This document shows, one piece after another, positions 1 to 13,900 of a stretch of 64,000 nt of DNA; within the stretch, counting starts at the first letter, position 1; each line of letters opens with the position of its first letter. The position numbers were made by a program, and so were the translations under genes. The DNA is from Phoronis australis (lineage: Eukaryota > Animalia > Phoronida), in contig NMRA01000153.1 in NCBI GenBank assembly GCA_002633005.1, positions 755,637-819,636 on the forward strand, in the 5' to 3' direction. The notes beneath the pieces are model-generated. The model saw nothing but the letters and a program-made list of their open reading frames with translations. It was not told where the DNA came from and made no database searches.

Positions 1-2086
1 AGACAGAACACATGTTTATTTCCGGACTAACAGTAGAGGTCCTCGTTCTTAAACAACTTGAGGCTGCTGTTACGCCGCGTTCATCTGATATTCAAGTTTT
101 TACGCCCCGTCGGTGCTCCTTAATTATGCTCTTGAATATTTGGAAATTGTCTACACCCCTGTATACACACCACACTTTTTCGTATACGACTTTTCGTATG
201 CTAAAAAGGTGTGTGTAAGCAGATGTTCCAACAAAAATTTGTGCTGGTGGCGTGACTCATACCCAGATGTGCACAATATGGTTTCACGAAACTTATGTGC
301 CAAGTTCATGTGACGAAATCGAGAAGAGTTTTTAATTATCTTAAGAAAAACTCCAGAGACATGTTAAGTGCCAGAAACTTACCAGGATGCATGGAAATTT
401 CAATATTTGGCTAAAAAAACAATAAAATATCTTACACGGGAGGGGAAACCCCCCCTCCCTGCCTCCCCCCGCTCGGCGCCACGCGCCTACGATTCGACCT
501 TGGCGGGAATCCTAAACCCACCCCTTACTGAAAACGTAGATCCGCCACTGCAGGGGGTGCGAAGAGGGCAAAGATTCCTCCTCTGAGCGACAAAAAGTCC
601 GAGAAAATGAGGCTAAAGTCCATTAAACATGCGCAAAAGCGTAATTCACAGTACTGGTGCTTCTGTTTTTTTTTAGTCCGCCCACTTTTTGTTAGCAAGA
701 GGTCAACAAAGTCAGGAATTCGAGCCACCCATATTGAAGGCTGGGTGCGCGCATGCGCCTACCACACAATCGAGCGCGTTGGTTAGGATCTTTATCGTAT
801 TAGTCGGCACGACAGTAAGTGAGCCAAGCGCACCTCTGCAAACCGCAATGACAAGATCTAGTTGTCTAGAGGCGTAAACAACACAACGACCACATAGCAT
901 ACGTTGTCGTTCCCAGAATGAAAATCAGTGAAGACTGGTCTTCAAACGGATAAATCCATCGACAAATAGTAATAATACTTTGCCGTGTGGAGTTAATTAA
1001 GGGTGGAAGTGCACGCATTGCATATTGAAGCCATCAACCCTTGGGCGCTTTTATTGACGGTGGATTTCCAATGATAACTACAGAGAGATAAGTTAACCCC
1101 ATTTTTCAGACTTAGCTCTTATGGTTTTATAGGAATGAATTTCTAAAATAGAATTGAATTTATGAAACAGAATTGAATTTACACTATTGGATAGAAATTT
1201 AAAAATAGGATTGCGTTTTATTTTAAGTAGGATTGAATTGATTAAATAACATTAGATTTGCAAAATAGGATTAGTTGAATTGATTAATTATAAGTAGCAT
1301 TGAATTTACGAAAATATTAATTTTGTTATTTTAAAATAATTTCTGCTCTTTCCGCTGCTCATACGCTGGTTCGCGGTCAGGTAAGGTTGGGTTACCCACA
1401 AGGCCCAGTTTAAGACGAAGATACGACGGTGTAACCAGGATTTTGAGTTGGGGGGGGGGNNNNNNNNNNNNNNNNNNNNNNNNNNNNNCATGGCCCCCTT
1501 GGCCCCCCCTCTAAATCTGCCACTGGTAACTGTGTGAACGTTGTATCCCTGCTCGTGGAAAACGAAGTTCAGCAAGGGTATTATGTATAATATGTTTAAT
1601 TAGAAAAATGGGACTCGTGGAATTGCGAGTGAGAACATAATAAACCACTGAGGTTCGTTGTAAAGCAATTCAGCTGTTTTAAATACATTTTGTACAACGA
1701 GCGACTTGGTGTCAAAAAGAAGAAATTTCGTGAAGTTTCAGAGTTCTTCATTTCTGATTTCTGAAAACCAAACTCAGGCAACGTCACGTGACGGAAGAAT
1801 TCCAGCCAACCCGCACCTTAATTATACAGCTAATACAGCACAAATACAAGGAACTCTTGAAATTTCTTGAAAAACATCACGATTTTACAAATTCTTAGTA
1901 CTGATGTTGCCAGTCATGTTTCCGTGACCATCTTGAATGTATCCGTGAATTTACAAAAATAGGCCTAGGGACTTATATTCGTAAAATGACCTTCCAAAAA
2001 CGTCAAATGAAACCGAATATACAACCGGGCGTATTTTCGGAAACTATGTTAAACTTTCATGATGCAGTTTTGAAGCAAACAACTAC

Positions 2087-2758
2087 AGTAGTATAGTAAG
2101 AGGTTTAGATGCCCCGTTTTGAGGCTCCTCGGTCAAAGGTCATCTAAAAGGAGGTCACGTGGTATAACTGCGATCGGGACACCTACCGGACGGATGTGTC
2201 AATGACGTCATGACGTAATAGGTTTGATTAGAGAGGCAACTCGTTTTGCGGCTCCTAGCAACGGATTGAAACAAAAGAGGGATGACAAGAACAAAACGTG
2301 AATTACCTTGGTTCGTGTGCGTCGAGTGTCGTTGTATTTTGTGTGTTCTGTCTCATCAAAAACAAAGGCAAAAAGGGGATAACCACCCAACCCAACAACA
2401 GATGTCGTGTAAAGTCTAACCCAGGCCCCGACGGTACTGAGCGAATCGTACTNGTTGGGTGGTTATCCCCTTTTTGCCTTTGTTTTTGATGAGACAGAAC
2501 ACACAAAATACAACGACACTCGACGCACACGAACCAAGGTAATTCACGTTTTGTTCTTGTCATCCCTCTTTTGTTTCAATCCGTTGCTAGGAGCCGCAAA
2601 ACGAGTTGCCTCTCTAATCAAACCTATTACGTCATGACGTCATTGACACATCCGTCCGGTAGGTGTCCCGATCGCAGTTATACCACGTGACCTCCTTTTA
2701 GATGACCTTTGACCGAGGAGCCTCAAAACGGGGCATCTAAACCTCTTACTATACTACT
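2087..2758. repeat. Perfect inverted repeat, 305-bp arms (2087-2391 / 2454-2758)
   Basis: Identical ORF translations on opposite strands; a single N at 2453 marks the right-arm boundary. Confidence 0.9.
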
Positions 2759-3249
2759 AACTACCACTTAATTGATTATTCACTAAGACTGGCTTTCAAA
2801 GTACGTAAGAGGGTTAGTTACTGACAAGGGCACACTCTCCTTGGATGGTAGTTGAGTAAAATCGTGATCCCAAACTATAATGTGTTGGTAAAATGAACAA
2901 AAATTTACATCACATCATATTAGATACGTATTTTTAGAATAATCTCTCACGAATAGTTATCACAAATACGCCTATTTGCGAGCTTTTGGGCTGGCCTATT
3001 TTCGAAAATTCCCGCTACGGCATTTTCTCATTGTGCCGAAGACAACGCCAAGATTTGACAAGGATAAAAATGTATTGACGCCAAATGGTAAAAGACAGGT
3101 TTCAGTCTCAGTTCCAAAACCACAGACATCTTAATCTTGATGTCTATGTCCAAAACCTATTCGTATTATCCTCAAGGTAGCGCTTTGCCACTTTTTAAAG
3201 TTTTAAAACTTGTCACCAGGTAGCGCACCGAGCCGATGTGCAAACGGAT

Positions 3250-3260
3250 GGGAAATTCCC
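3250..3260. promoter_or_regulatory. NF-kB-like site
   Basis: GGGAAATTCCC, motif match only. Confidence 0.35.
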
Positions 3261-3710
3261 ACAACTTCGAAGAAGGAAGAGGTTAAAGTCGACATTTCCA
3301 CTTCACTCTTCGAATAAACTTCTAGGTAACTCATTTCATTTGGGCTTCAAGGTTTTTGACAATTTTTATAGAGTTTCTGGAGAATTCGAATGTGGATAAA
3401 GAAAACTTGATTACCACCGACGACACCACGTTATTTTTATTTTCAAGGCAGTATGTCATTGTGTTGTAACTGTTGTAAGTTCTAAATTGGTCACTAAAAA
3501 TAGACAGTGTTCATCGTCTCCAGCTCTCGTAACAATACTCCGTCAATCGCTCTTTCTTTCTGCCAGTTTTCTTCATTCACTATCAAAATTCCTGGGGTAG
3601 CCAGACTTATGGGATAGAATGAAGACTTCTTCCCAGAAGTTCTGGTATCTCAGTCGTAAATTAATTGGATTGGACAAACGTTTTTATAAAAACAATGGAT
3701 GTTTTGCTCT

Positions 3711-3722
3711 GAAAGTGAAACT
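3711..3722 (+). promoter_or_regulatory. ISRE/IRF-like site
   Basis: GAAAGTGAAACT, motif match only. Confidence 0.3.
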
Positions 3723-4679
3723 CAGTGAGCACATTCAGTTATGTGTAAAAATCATGCGCTTGATTTCCTGATTACTTATGTAAAGATTTCTACTACAGTT
3801 TGTCTGTGTAACTTAACACCTGAGGGTGACTTTGTCTTCTGATCAGGGGATTTTTTTGGTAGGCAGGAACATTTAATAATTTATTACCCTCTTCTCCACC
3901 AATTCCACCCCCCATACCCCTCAGACCCCATAGGAAGGTAAACATTGGAGAGAACAAACCAATTCGACTTCGCCAAATGTTTGCTCCACCTTCCTATCGT
4001 CACCTATTAAGGAACATGCTTTGAAGGTGCATTTTGAAAGGGTGATTGAAGTTCCAGGGTCCTTGGCATACTGCCTTTGGGGCTCTTTCAGAATCCCTTG
4101 TTAATGCTGTGCGTGTACTTGGAATCCTGCTTAATCTCAAGATTAAGCAGAAGAGCCATTCTTAATGAATCCCAACAATTCGACACTTGAGACACTCGAT
4201 TTTCAAGTATCTTCATATGGAGCTAGCGTATTATTTTTTATTAGTTTAACGTATGAATGATAAGTTTTGAACATTTTCTTCAGCTCAGTAAATGCAGTTA
4301 TAGAGTTATTTTGTTGTTTTATTAGAGCAACAGGATAATTTATTTGAAAACTGAAAAACGCGTTCGTTGGGTCAATTTTCGCTGTAGTTTGTTATCATTG
4401 ACAACAAACAATCTCACTGTGCAATTTTATCAATCAGCATGCTTGGTAAAACCGAGAAAAACATCTCTTAGTATTTTCTACTGTCTTGTGTATTTTTCAT
4501 GGACATATAAAATTAAACTTTTGAATTAAATTTTTTGCTTTTTTAAAACTGGTCGTTTGTTTATAACGGTGTTTTATAAAAACAGGTGCCGTGGTGTTTG
4601 CACTTCCCTCAATCTTCATTAGCAACTATCGATCATTCAAAAACTGATAGCCAATATCCGGTGACATGATGACTAAAAA

Positions 4680-6530
4680 ATCCTGAAGTGAATTTAAAAA
4701 CATCTCGTAAATGACACAACATGTCCCGTAAGTGATATTGCGACGTTGGCTATTATTTCTGACCACTAGCACTTCAGGAAATAACTGGTATGAAATAATG
4801 AGGGATAGTATACGTATTTAAGGTTATTTCGTGTCACCTGTATGAGTTGATGTAACTGATTACGTAATAAAAATGGCAACAGATTATATTTCAAGCGTCT
4901 GTGTTGCAAGAAGGCACATAGAGACATTTGTAACACAACTCACATGTACATGTACTGGTAAATCCAAAAGTTTGCATTCAACATTTTTACAACATCTGCT
5001 ATACAACTGTGCCTGACATCTAACACATCACAAGCCATGTCCCATAAATGACGACTTAAGGTAATTCAAGCCTTGACAATTAGTCTAAAGTCTGTTAAGG
5101 TTAAAAACCTTTTAACGGCAATGTTAACTCGGCTTTAAACTTTACTAAATTAGGAGAAATCAAGGTAGTCCAGCAATTCATCTGACGCCTTGAACGCTCT
5201 GCGGCTCTTCCCAACAGGTGATAGGTCCAGGACGAGCTTCAGGATGTCATCTTTCCGTAGCCAAATCTTGTTTCCTTCGGTCACATAAGCAATCCACTCA
5301 TTTTACTGGACGGCTGCACGAAGTTGACTTCCACAAGCAAATCGACATCATCTGTGTCCACGACTTGTCCGAGATATCGGTGACCTTCATATTTACAAAC
5401 AAAATCGCCTTGCTTCACTTGTATCTTGACTTGTTTGGTCTCAGCTAACACTCTATTGTTTTCTTGTCTTCCAACTTTTTGTACTTCTGTCAGTTCTGAC
5501 ACTGGTATGAAAGACCCGTAAATCGTTCAGTTTCTGTTCTAAGCCATTCGTAACCAAGTTGTGCGTTTTTACGGGCTCCGTAGACTATTCTTTCACCCGC
5601 TGCGACTTGAATTTTGACATTCTGCAACGCAAACCAAGGTGACAAACTCTAATTAATAGGTATTAAATAAAGTAAAAGATGTCATCACTATTTTTGCAAG
5701 GTCATCTGCATTAAGTTATGTATCGTTACTGATAATAATTCAATTACTACGTAAAATGAATTTAATTTGGGTAAAAATAAAACAAATCACTTACGGGACA
5801 CTGAATGTCATTTACGTGACAATTTTTTACGAGAGCTTATCAAGACCGACGTCAAGCAGATTCGAATCAAAGTATGTTTTACAGGAAGCATTTCGTCACT
5901 TCTTTTAATACGTTAATAACAACCCTAAAACATGCGAATTATAAAAGTGAGATTACAGAAAACTTACCCAAAGGTTCTGCTGACTCCTTTAGCGAGTATT
6001 TTCAGACAGTATCAATGTCAGCTGAAGCGCACATGCTCGTTCTTGAAAAATTGACCTATATTCATGTCACACTTGCCAATATTAAGTGAAATTAGTTGGA
6101 CTTGACCTAATTATAAAACTGTCGTCCCGTAAATGAAGACTCGTAAATGATGAGCAACCAATTTCAAATGCCAAAATTTTTCCTAAATGTCCGCCAAAAA
6201 CTTTCAAAACTGTGCATTGATTTAGCACATCACCATAGCTTTGTAGAGTTATTTTAGTTTCCACATCTTCATTTTAATCAATGCACTATTGTTGAGTTTA
6301 TGCACGTCTCGTAAATGATTCCAAAAAAAATTCCTCTGCGCTTCTTGAAAAGCAGTGCCACACAGCCACTTTCAGATGACGCAAAGGTTTAAAAAATTAA
6401 TGCCATCGCCGTTTTCTTGTGTATTACAAATTATTGATCGCGAATTTACTAAAATATCTCTTGAAACTTTTTTTTTACAAAAACACGCCAATGAGGTCTC
6501 GTAAATGATTTGAGATTTGGCTTCACTCAG
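4680..6530 (-). mobile_element. Decayed DNA transposon remnant
   Basis: Repeated subterminal-type motif (t/c)cgtaa(a/g)tga at ~4705, 4725, 5040, 6125, 6140, 6308, 6498 and inverted at ~5790. Broken ORF VKQGDFVCKYEGHRYLGQVV...KIWLRKDDIL is typical of transposon-associated proteins. Confidence 0.4.
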
Positions 6531-8983
6531 TAAACATGGTGGTAATTAAAATTTATTTTTTGTTTACGAAAAACGTTGGGTTTCTCTTTGAAAATGTCTC
6601 ACTAAGTTTCCGAAATGCAATTATTCGTTTCGATTGGACAAGTTATTATAACAAAAAAGAGCCTGTTTCTACGTTGTCGTTTTTTCAGCTTCACGTAATT
6701 TTATGGAACCCTAAGCTACATGGTGCATTGTGACACCTACCATGTAAACTGTAGCTGGTCATAAGACACAGCACGCACATTAGACATAAAGGTCTTTTGA
6801 CGTTCTTTCATGACTTCGTACATTCTGTGTGGTGAGCTGAAGTTTGGTTTCACCATTTGTCACGATTCATTGAGAATGAATGAGAAGTGAGTGTTGCGTG
6901 AACTTGGAATTGAATATATTTTTTAAGGCAAAAAGGTGAAATTTTTATTCAGTGAAAAGAATTTTTGTAATTATTGGCTTTGCGATTGTTGAGTGATAGC
7001 TTAAGCATATTTAGTTTATTTAGTTTCCAATAGATGGCGCTTGCCTACATACTTTGTCTGTTATGTCCTCAATAAAGGTCAAGTTTAGAACTTAAAAAAA
7101 ACTCTACTCTAAATGCTGATTTTGCGTACACAATATCACTTATCGCAACAGCGATCAACCATTTTTTCCTTTACCTTAACTTGTGTCGCTGAACCAGAGG
7201 AATATGTGAATGGCCTAATCTATTATTGTTTAGTGAAACTGATCGCCCGTAGTTGAAAAGGTTGGATAAAATTGAGATTATTTTATTCAAATGTAACTTG
7301 GTTTTGTGCAGTGCAAATTTCTGTGAACATGAATGTGATTATTTGAGTGAACTTGTCAAGTTGCCTCGTGTATTTCAAGTTCGCACAACACTCACTTCCA
7401 AGTTCACCTACAGCAGTTAAAACACAGTTAATCCAGATTCTGGGGACTGGGGACAAGTGATACACAGGGTTTGTCAAAAGTATACTCCCACTTATTGTGC
7501 AATGCCGGGAGTTCAAATTCAGTTCCCATGGATCAGATTCTGTGCCTGAGCCACATGGCATGAATGCCCACGAGAGTGGTGTTGACCTTTTCTCTGAGTG
7601 ATTACCATACCTATAATCCACACGTTGATTCCAGCACAACAGCAACTTGGCATGTATTTCTTTAGGCCTGACTCCTGGTATTTAAACTCCAGAGCACATT
7701 TGAAAGACTGTTAAAACTTTTCTTCTTCAATTTTCCCAAAAAATTAAGGATGTCTTTACGAACACAGGGCAGCGCCAAAAACAATAAGTTCCAATCATTA
7801 AATTAACATTTTGTTTTGTGCACATTTTATTATGTTGTCCAACTGTCTAATTTTAACAAGTTGAATTCTACTAAGAACAACTAGATGACACTGTTAAGTA
7901 CAACTTTTCAGCAAATACTTTTGAAATTTAAAAAGTTTAATGCATCTAGTTTAAATCCGTAGCAGCTTCTTTACTTGATTTTGTAATATTTAATCGCTTT
8001 GGGTTCTTCTGTGTGAGACAAATTTCGTTCTCTGCAAGTTTGGAAAGTGAAAATAAGACCTAAGGTTATTTTTATTGGCTGAAAAATTGTAATTTCACAG
8101 GACATAGGTGACGGACATACAAATTAGCCGTAAGTCTGTCATGCAATTGTTACCTTAACAAGTAATTCCTGGGATCTAAAATTTTGGTTAGTAGTATTGA
8201 GAAACAAGTTAAAAGAGAATTTGATTTTTTAAAATTTTGATTGAAAACTTTTGATGTAACTAAACTTTTTAGCACATTTTGTTTTGTGACGAATGTTCGG
8301 CACCATGATATCCAGGAGTTGTTGACCTTTGATCCAAAAAGTCAATGACGTGTTGCAGGTCAAATGATTTTTTTTAGAAAGTTTAGGCTTCATGTGATTG
8401 CACAAATTTGATATTGTAGTGAAATACCCATAATTAGCTTATTTATGACAATAATTATCAACACACGTAAAAATCGGGGTTAGTTTTTAGGGTCAAGTGA
8501 CCTCCAAAAATGGATCTATATAAGAAAAAAATTGAAAGTTATAGGAAATTCAAATATGGGTCTTGAAACTAGACAGACTATGGGCTTTCAGATGAGACCA
8601 GATATGTTAATCTAGTCACAATTTTAATTTTTGTCTCTAGGTTAACCTTTTCATGGAATTGCCCCTAAATGGACTAAAATGTTTTTAATTTTTATTGTAA
8701 GTAAAAAAATTTGGTGTAATAGAATTTCACGTGGTCGTCATATTATGCGGTAAATTAGGGTAGAATTATCGAAGTTGAGTTCTCAAAGACCTGGCACTTT
8801 TATGTAAGTTACGGTACCAATTTGGTTGGGCACAATGGTGAACCAAGAATAGGTGTAATCCATTTTGAAGTGGGCACGAAGTCATACATGAGTGTTAATC
8901 TGGATTAATACTGTACTTTCCCAAGCCGTGACATTTGACTGGCTTGTTGTTTACAGCCAATTTGTTTCTTTCAGGCTCACAGA

Positions 8984-9346
8984 ATGACAGAGAGAGCAAT
9001 ACCCATCACTAGTTATTTGGCACCTATTCCATCATCAAGTATGTTGACTGCTTCCCCAGGACACTCCCCAGGTGTGTCCAGCCCACTTGGTGGGCAGTCC
9101 CTTTCACTGATTACTGCTCCCTCAGACCACTCTAGGCTGCCACTCAGCAGTCTACCAGGAACTGAAAGTATGAAGCAGAGAATACTTGGTGCGACAATTG
9201 CAACTCAGAGAAGAGCTCTTGTTCAAGCTCTTCTGTCAAACATTGATACAGGACAGATATTGCGCAAGATAATCTCTTTAGAAGTTCCTGTTACTCGCAA
9301 ACTCGTTTCACTGGATTTGAAAGGGCTGTTAAATAGCAACTGCACG
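8984..9346 (+). CDS. RNF31: RNF31/HOIP coding exon 1 (Ser/Pro-rich N-terminus, start of PUB region)
   Basis: Acceptor tttctttcag ends 8974, ATG at 8984, donor ACG|gtgagt after 9346; 121 codons, phase 0 into the clear PUB exon. The start codon is inferred. Confidence 0.7.
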
Positions 9347-9441
9347 GTGAGTTGGTTTGCTATTATGTGTGATTTTCAAGTTACATTTCGTCCTGTTCAA
9401 CAAGCTAAAAATTGATAATTGAATTGAATGACCCTTTTACC

Positions 9442-9723
9442 CCGACTTGCACAGTCTTGTGATACTCCCTACTGTGACTTGCACAATCAACCTTGTAATA
9501 CTCTCTACTGTGACTTGCACAATTAACCTTGTAATATCCCTTATGTGACTTGCGCAATCAACCTTGTAATACTCCCTACTGTGACTTGCACAATCCACCT
9601 TGTAATACTCCCTACTGTGACTTGCACAATCCACCTTGTAATACTCCCTACTGTGACTTGCGCAATCAACCTTGTAATACTCCCTACTGTGACTTGCACA
9701 ATCCACCTTGTAATACTCCCTGT
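9442..9723. repeat. Minisatellite, 36-bp unit, ~8 copies
   Basis: gtgacttgcacaatccaccttgtaatactccctact. Confidence 0.9.
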
Positions 9724-9772
9724 TGCTACAAGATTCCATTTCTGGAACTAACAAGAACATCAAAACCAATTG

Positions 9773-10039
9773 CGACTCAAGAAAACACTATCGGTCTTTA
9801 TTGCATGTGGCCAATACGACTCAAGAAAACACTATCAGTCTTTATTGCATGTGGCCAATACGACTCAAGAAAACACTATCAGTCTTTATTGCATGTGGCC
9901 AATACGACTCAAGAAAACACTATCAGTCTTTATTGCATGTGGCCAATACGACTCAAGAAAACACTATCAGTCTTTATTGCGTGTGGCCAATACGACTCAA
10001 GAAAACACTATCAGTCTTTATTGCATGTGGCCAATACGA
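9773..10039. repeat. Minisatellite, 44-bp unit, 6 copies
   Basis: cgactcaagaaaacactatcagtctttattgcatgtggccaata. Confidence 0.92.
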
Positions 10040-10383
10040 AAATGATGCAATGGCGCATGTATTTGAGTTGGTAATGGAAATGGAATCCTATCATGGTATG
10101 GAATATTATGAGACCGATTTTATGAAAGTAAATAAGGCTTAATTCAATTTTTGCTTTCTAGCCAGCTTAATATGGTGAAATGCCACTTTAAGCTTTGTGT
10201 CATTTCTTTGTGTGCACCTTTGGAAAAAGCTATTTTAAGAAATACTATGTCCTACAAAATAGCCGAGTGAATACGATGTTGTCAGACAATATCAAATTTA
10301 TTCAGTGGAAAGTTTATCCTAAGCCCCATGTGATTTTTAGAGATACTAATCTGTTATCAACAAGTCTATGTGATATCTTGCAG

Positions 10384-10536
10384 GACTCCACTAAACTCCA
10401 GGCCATAAATTGTGCTCTGAGTATTTTAGAGAAATACGGAAAAAATCTCCTGAAACCAGCCAGCCAAAGACCAAAGTTTTGGAAATCGATCAAGTTTGCC
10501 AACGGCACGTACAGAGAACACATCAGCTCTATCGCT
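10384..10536 (+). CDS. RNF31: RNF31/HOIP exon 2, PUB domain
   Basis: tcttgcag acceptor, gtaagt donor. ALSILEKYGKNLLKPASQRPKFWKSIKFAN resembles the HOIP PUB motif LNILEKYGRNLLSPQRPRYWRGVKFNN. Confidence 0.92.
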
Positions 10537-10781
10537 GTAAGTACATATTGCTATATCCAGTGCTGCGTTGGTAGTAGACGTGCTATTTGAAACTTGTGTA
10601 TTTGTGTGACGTCATAGTTATTACATTTTCATCAGTGTTGTTTTGGTTTCAGATGATGTGTCATAAATGTAAAACGTGGAGATTTTATTAACAACCTGGA
10701 TAATATTTTTTTTTGAAAATGAAACCACATTCTGTAGGAAGTCCTTGGTGCCTGTTTTTAAGTTAATAATTGAGTCTCATG

Positions 10782-10975
10782 TACAGCACACATCTCGAAT
10801 TCTTGTCCGACTGGTCGAAAATTGATCAACAACCGGTCGTCTAGCCAACCAGTAGCTGACCTTCGACAGTCTGCTAAGAGTCGTCACTCGAGTCACCTCT
10901 GCGGTCGGCAGTTAATTTGGCAAACTGGTCACCTAGCTTAGGCAACTGATTTGGATTATGTGTATCCTCAGTTGG
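10782..10975 (+). repeat. Dispersed repeat, homologous to 63750-63955
   Basis: Both begin tacagcacacatc.cgaatt.tt..ccgac.ggtcg and share accggtcgtctagcc and ggtcacctagc. Confidence 0.6.
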
Positions 10976-13900
10976 TTGTTCCTTTCCAGTGGCCACTCTA
11001 GTCTTAAACCTGCAGTTTATCAACTTACACCTATTTACCATAGTAAAACACCATGTACTTATAATTGCGTGAAATTAGAACAAAGCACAAGTTCGTGTGG
11101 AATTACCGACAGCACAGTAAAATCAAACTGTCGCATACGCGATATTTAACATCACGTTCATGATGACGCATTCTAGCAGAACGCTGTCTGATTTGGAATG
11201 TTATGTTTGTAGTTGAATATTAGTGGAATATATTTATTAATATGTCTGTTATCTTAATTCTACACAAACGTTAAATGATTTGCAAAAATATAATTTTGAA
11301 CTTTAACTATGAGGCGTTTTTTTGCCCATAACACTAAAAAGTCATTTAAATGTTACAGTTAAGTTGTATAAAAATCCAAAAACAATGGTTGACGTGTTGC
11401 GTCTGCAGGTGTTTTCAAAAAATGTTCGATGAGTAGCTGGAAAGTTTAACTCATAGTGATCGCTTTTGATTACCACTTCATGTATCCGCATCTCTCTATT
11501 GAAAATCGTTTTATTTTGTATAATTTGTAAATAGGCTGGTGATAGAAAAACATTTGTTTTGAAAACAACGTCAAGAACCGTTTGAACACTGGACAGTAAT
11601 GAATGAAAACGGCAAATGCAGATAGGTTTGGTTATAGCGTCAACTGTGATCCATCTTTCCGTGTTTGGTTATAGCGTCAACTGTGATCCATCTTTCCGTG
11701 TTTGATGTCACTTTCTGAGTTAATAAAAATCGTAACCATATTATTTAGAAGTTACATCATTTCGAGCCCGTGGGAGTATGCACGCAATACTGTGTGTTTC
11801 GCATCTTTAATGCAAGGGGTTAATACTCTGAAAATAAAATTTCAGAGTAATGGCCTTTCGGTGTTAAAAGTCACACACTCTAAAAATGCTGGTGATAATA
11901 ATTAAATTTTCATCGATGACGTTGAAAATATAACAATGATTCAAAAAAGAAAATCATGCAAAACAGAAATGCACAATTTTTATTTGTATGACACAGTTCA
12001 CGAAATAAATTTAGTCATGAGGTGATTGGTTGCCGGAGCTACTCACTATTTCAAAAGAGCTTGATTTCAAATTTCTTGACAGAAAATTTACAAAAACGTA
12101 TCGCTTTCTGCAACGTCTTATAGCAGTGAATTTCTGCTACCGTGGTTGATAACAGGACTAGTTTACCTGTGTGTTGTTTCGGCTTTAATCCCTTTACAGG
12201 TTGCTTCTAGTCTGTACTTTTGGTTTCATTTTTCATTTACATTAGATGAGGTCATGATATATGCTTGAGAAATATTCAGATACCAATTGCAAAAATTCGT
12301 ACGGGATTGAATGTGAAGAAAACTTTTCTATCGTGTTATTCCAAAGTGGTTGCATTTTTCGTAATCCAATACTCAGTTTCCACTCGCCTTCAACTTTCAA
12401 ATCAGTGGTGATACTCTACTGATGTGAACTCATGTGACAGTGACACATCACTTGGCTAATTTACTTCATCCTTCCTGTGTGGAGACAAACATCCATCGGC
12501 AAGCAATGTGACAATCTGCAAAGTAGCCATCAGCCTTATTGAACAACCTAGCTAATAGTTTTGCTATACAATATTATGGATTCCGTTTATCACTTCTTTC
12601 CTTTTTGAAGGCACTCCCAGTCTGGGTACAAAGAAGACCAAAGTTAACCACTCCTGAGTACTTGTCATGAGGCTTACTATGGGAAATTCCTATTTCCATG
12701 ATGAAATCGGTTTAAAGATTGTAAAGTGTTATCTGACCAAAGTTTTTGGGTGACCGATTATTTGAAAGGATAAAGTTTATCCTTGATCTGTCTGCACCAG
12801 TGGGTCAATATAGATATGATAAAATTTAGAACAAAAATAATTGCCAAAATGATTTATGTTGTTTAATTTTTAACATAATTGTAGTGATCATCCACAATTT
12901 CTCAAAACATTCTTTGGTAGTAGCTGTGTTATAGAACTTCGAAAAAATGATAAATAAAATAATGACTAAACCAATGCTGAATTGTCCGTCATATTTTGTC
13001 CTAAAGAGATTTTACTGCATGGTATATGATTTTGAAGCCTTTATCTGTGTGAATATTGTGCTCTAATCTCTGTGAATGATCTTTTGGTTATTTCCTGTGC
13101 ACAGCATGCTAATACTGTTACGGTTCATGAAACCAAGGGAGGTCATGTGACATGTTAATGTTTCATTAAATTATTATTTTCCAGGGACTGATAATTAATT
13201 TTAGCATCAAATTGTCATTCTTTGCAGAGCTAGCTTTTATTGGCCATTAGACCCTGTGTCCGAAATGATGCATTTTTACAGCCTGCTGTAAACATCTTTT
13301 GAATTTTTCAAATGTCACATGGTTAGCCCGACCAATTCTATCCACATTCCAGTCTTACTAGGGGACTAGTCACCAAAGGAGTGACTATTCAATAGGTCAC
13401 AAGTGAGGGTAGTTAATGGTGAAATGAAATTTCTCCAGGTATATTGCTTGGTCATAAAATTTGTGTTTTTGTTTGTTTGTTTCTTTGTTTGCATGCTACA
13501 GATCGCAATTCGTATCAGATCAACCGGCAATTTACATGCAACATATATCTATTTTTTGATGAAAAACTAGATGCAAGATAGCGCCGTGGCGACCACTTTT
13601 CGTCTGATCAACATGAAATTTACACACAGTGTTTACTTAGTGGCTTGAAGACTTTTGTTCTTGGGCAAAGTCAGACGCACGCTAAGGTGTGACGGCCATT
13701 TTTCAAATTATATTTGCGAAGCGATTCCTTGACTGAACTTTTTCAAATTTGGTATGTGAGTAGATCTCGTCATGGACTGTCTAATGCTTTGGTTTTGTCG
13801 TTGATCTAATGTTTTGTTCCATTTCACCAAGTGTTGCTCTTCTGTGTGCTTTCATCGTTTCTTATCAGATCATGTCTGACTAGAAAGCTTGTGGGCTAAT

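Noticed and set aside
9437-10142. Overlapping repetitive ORFs up to 174 aa; CRISPR-like appearance
   Set aside because: Translations of 36- and 44-bp tandem repeats with no unique spacers, in a eukaryotic intron; neither CDS nor CRISPR.
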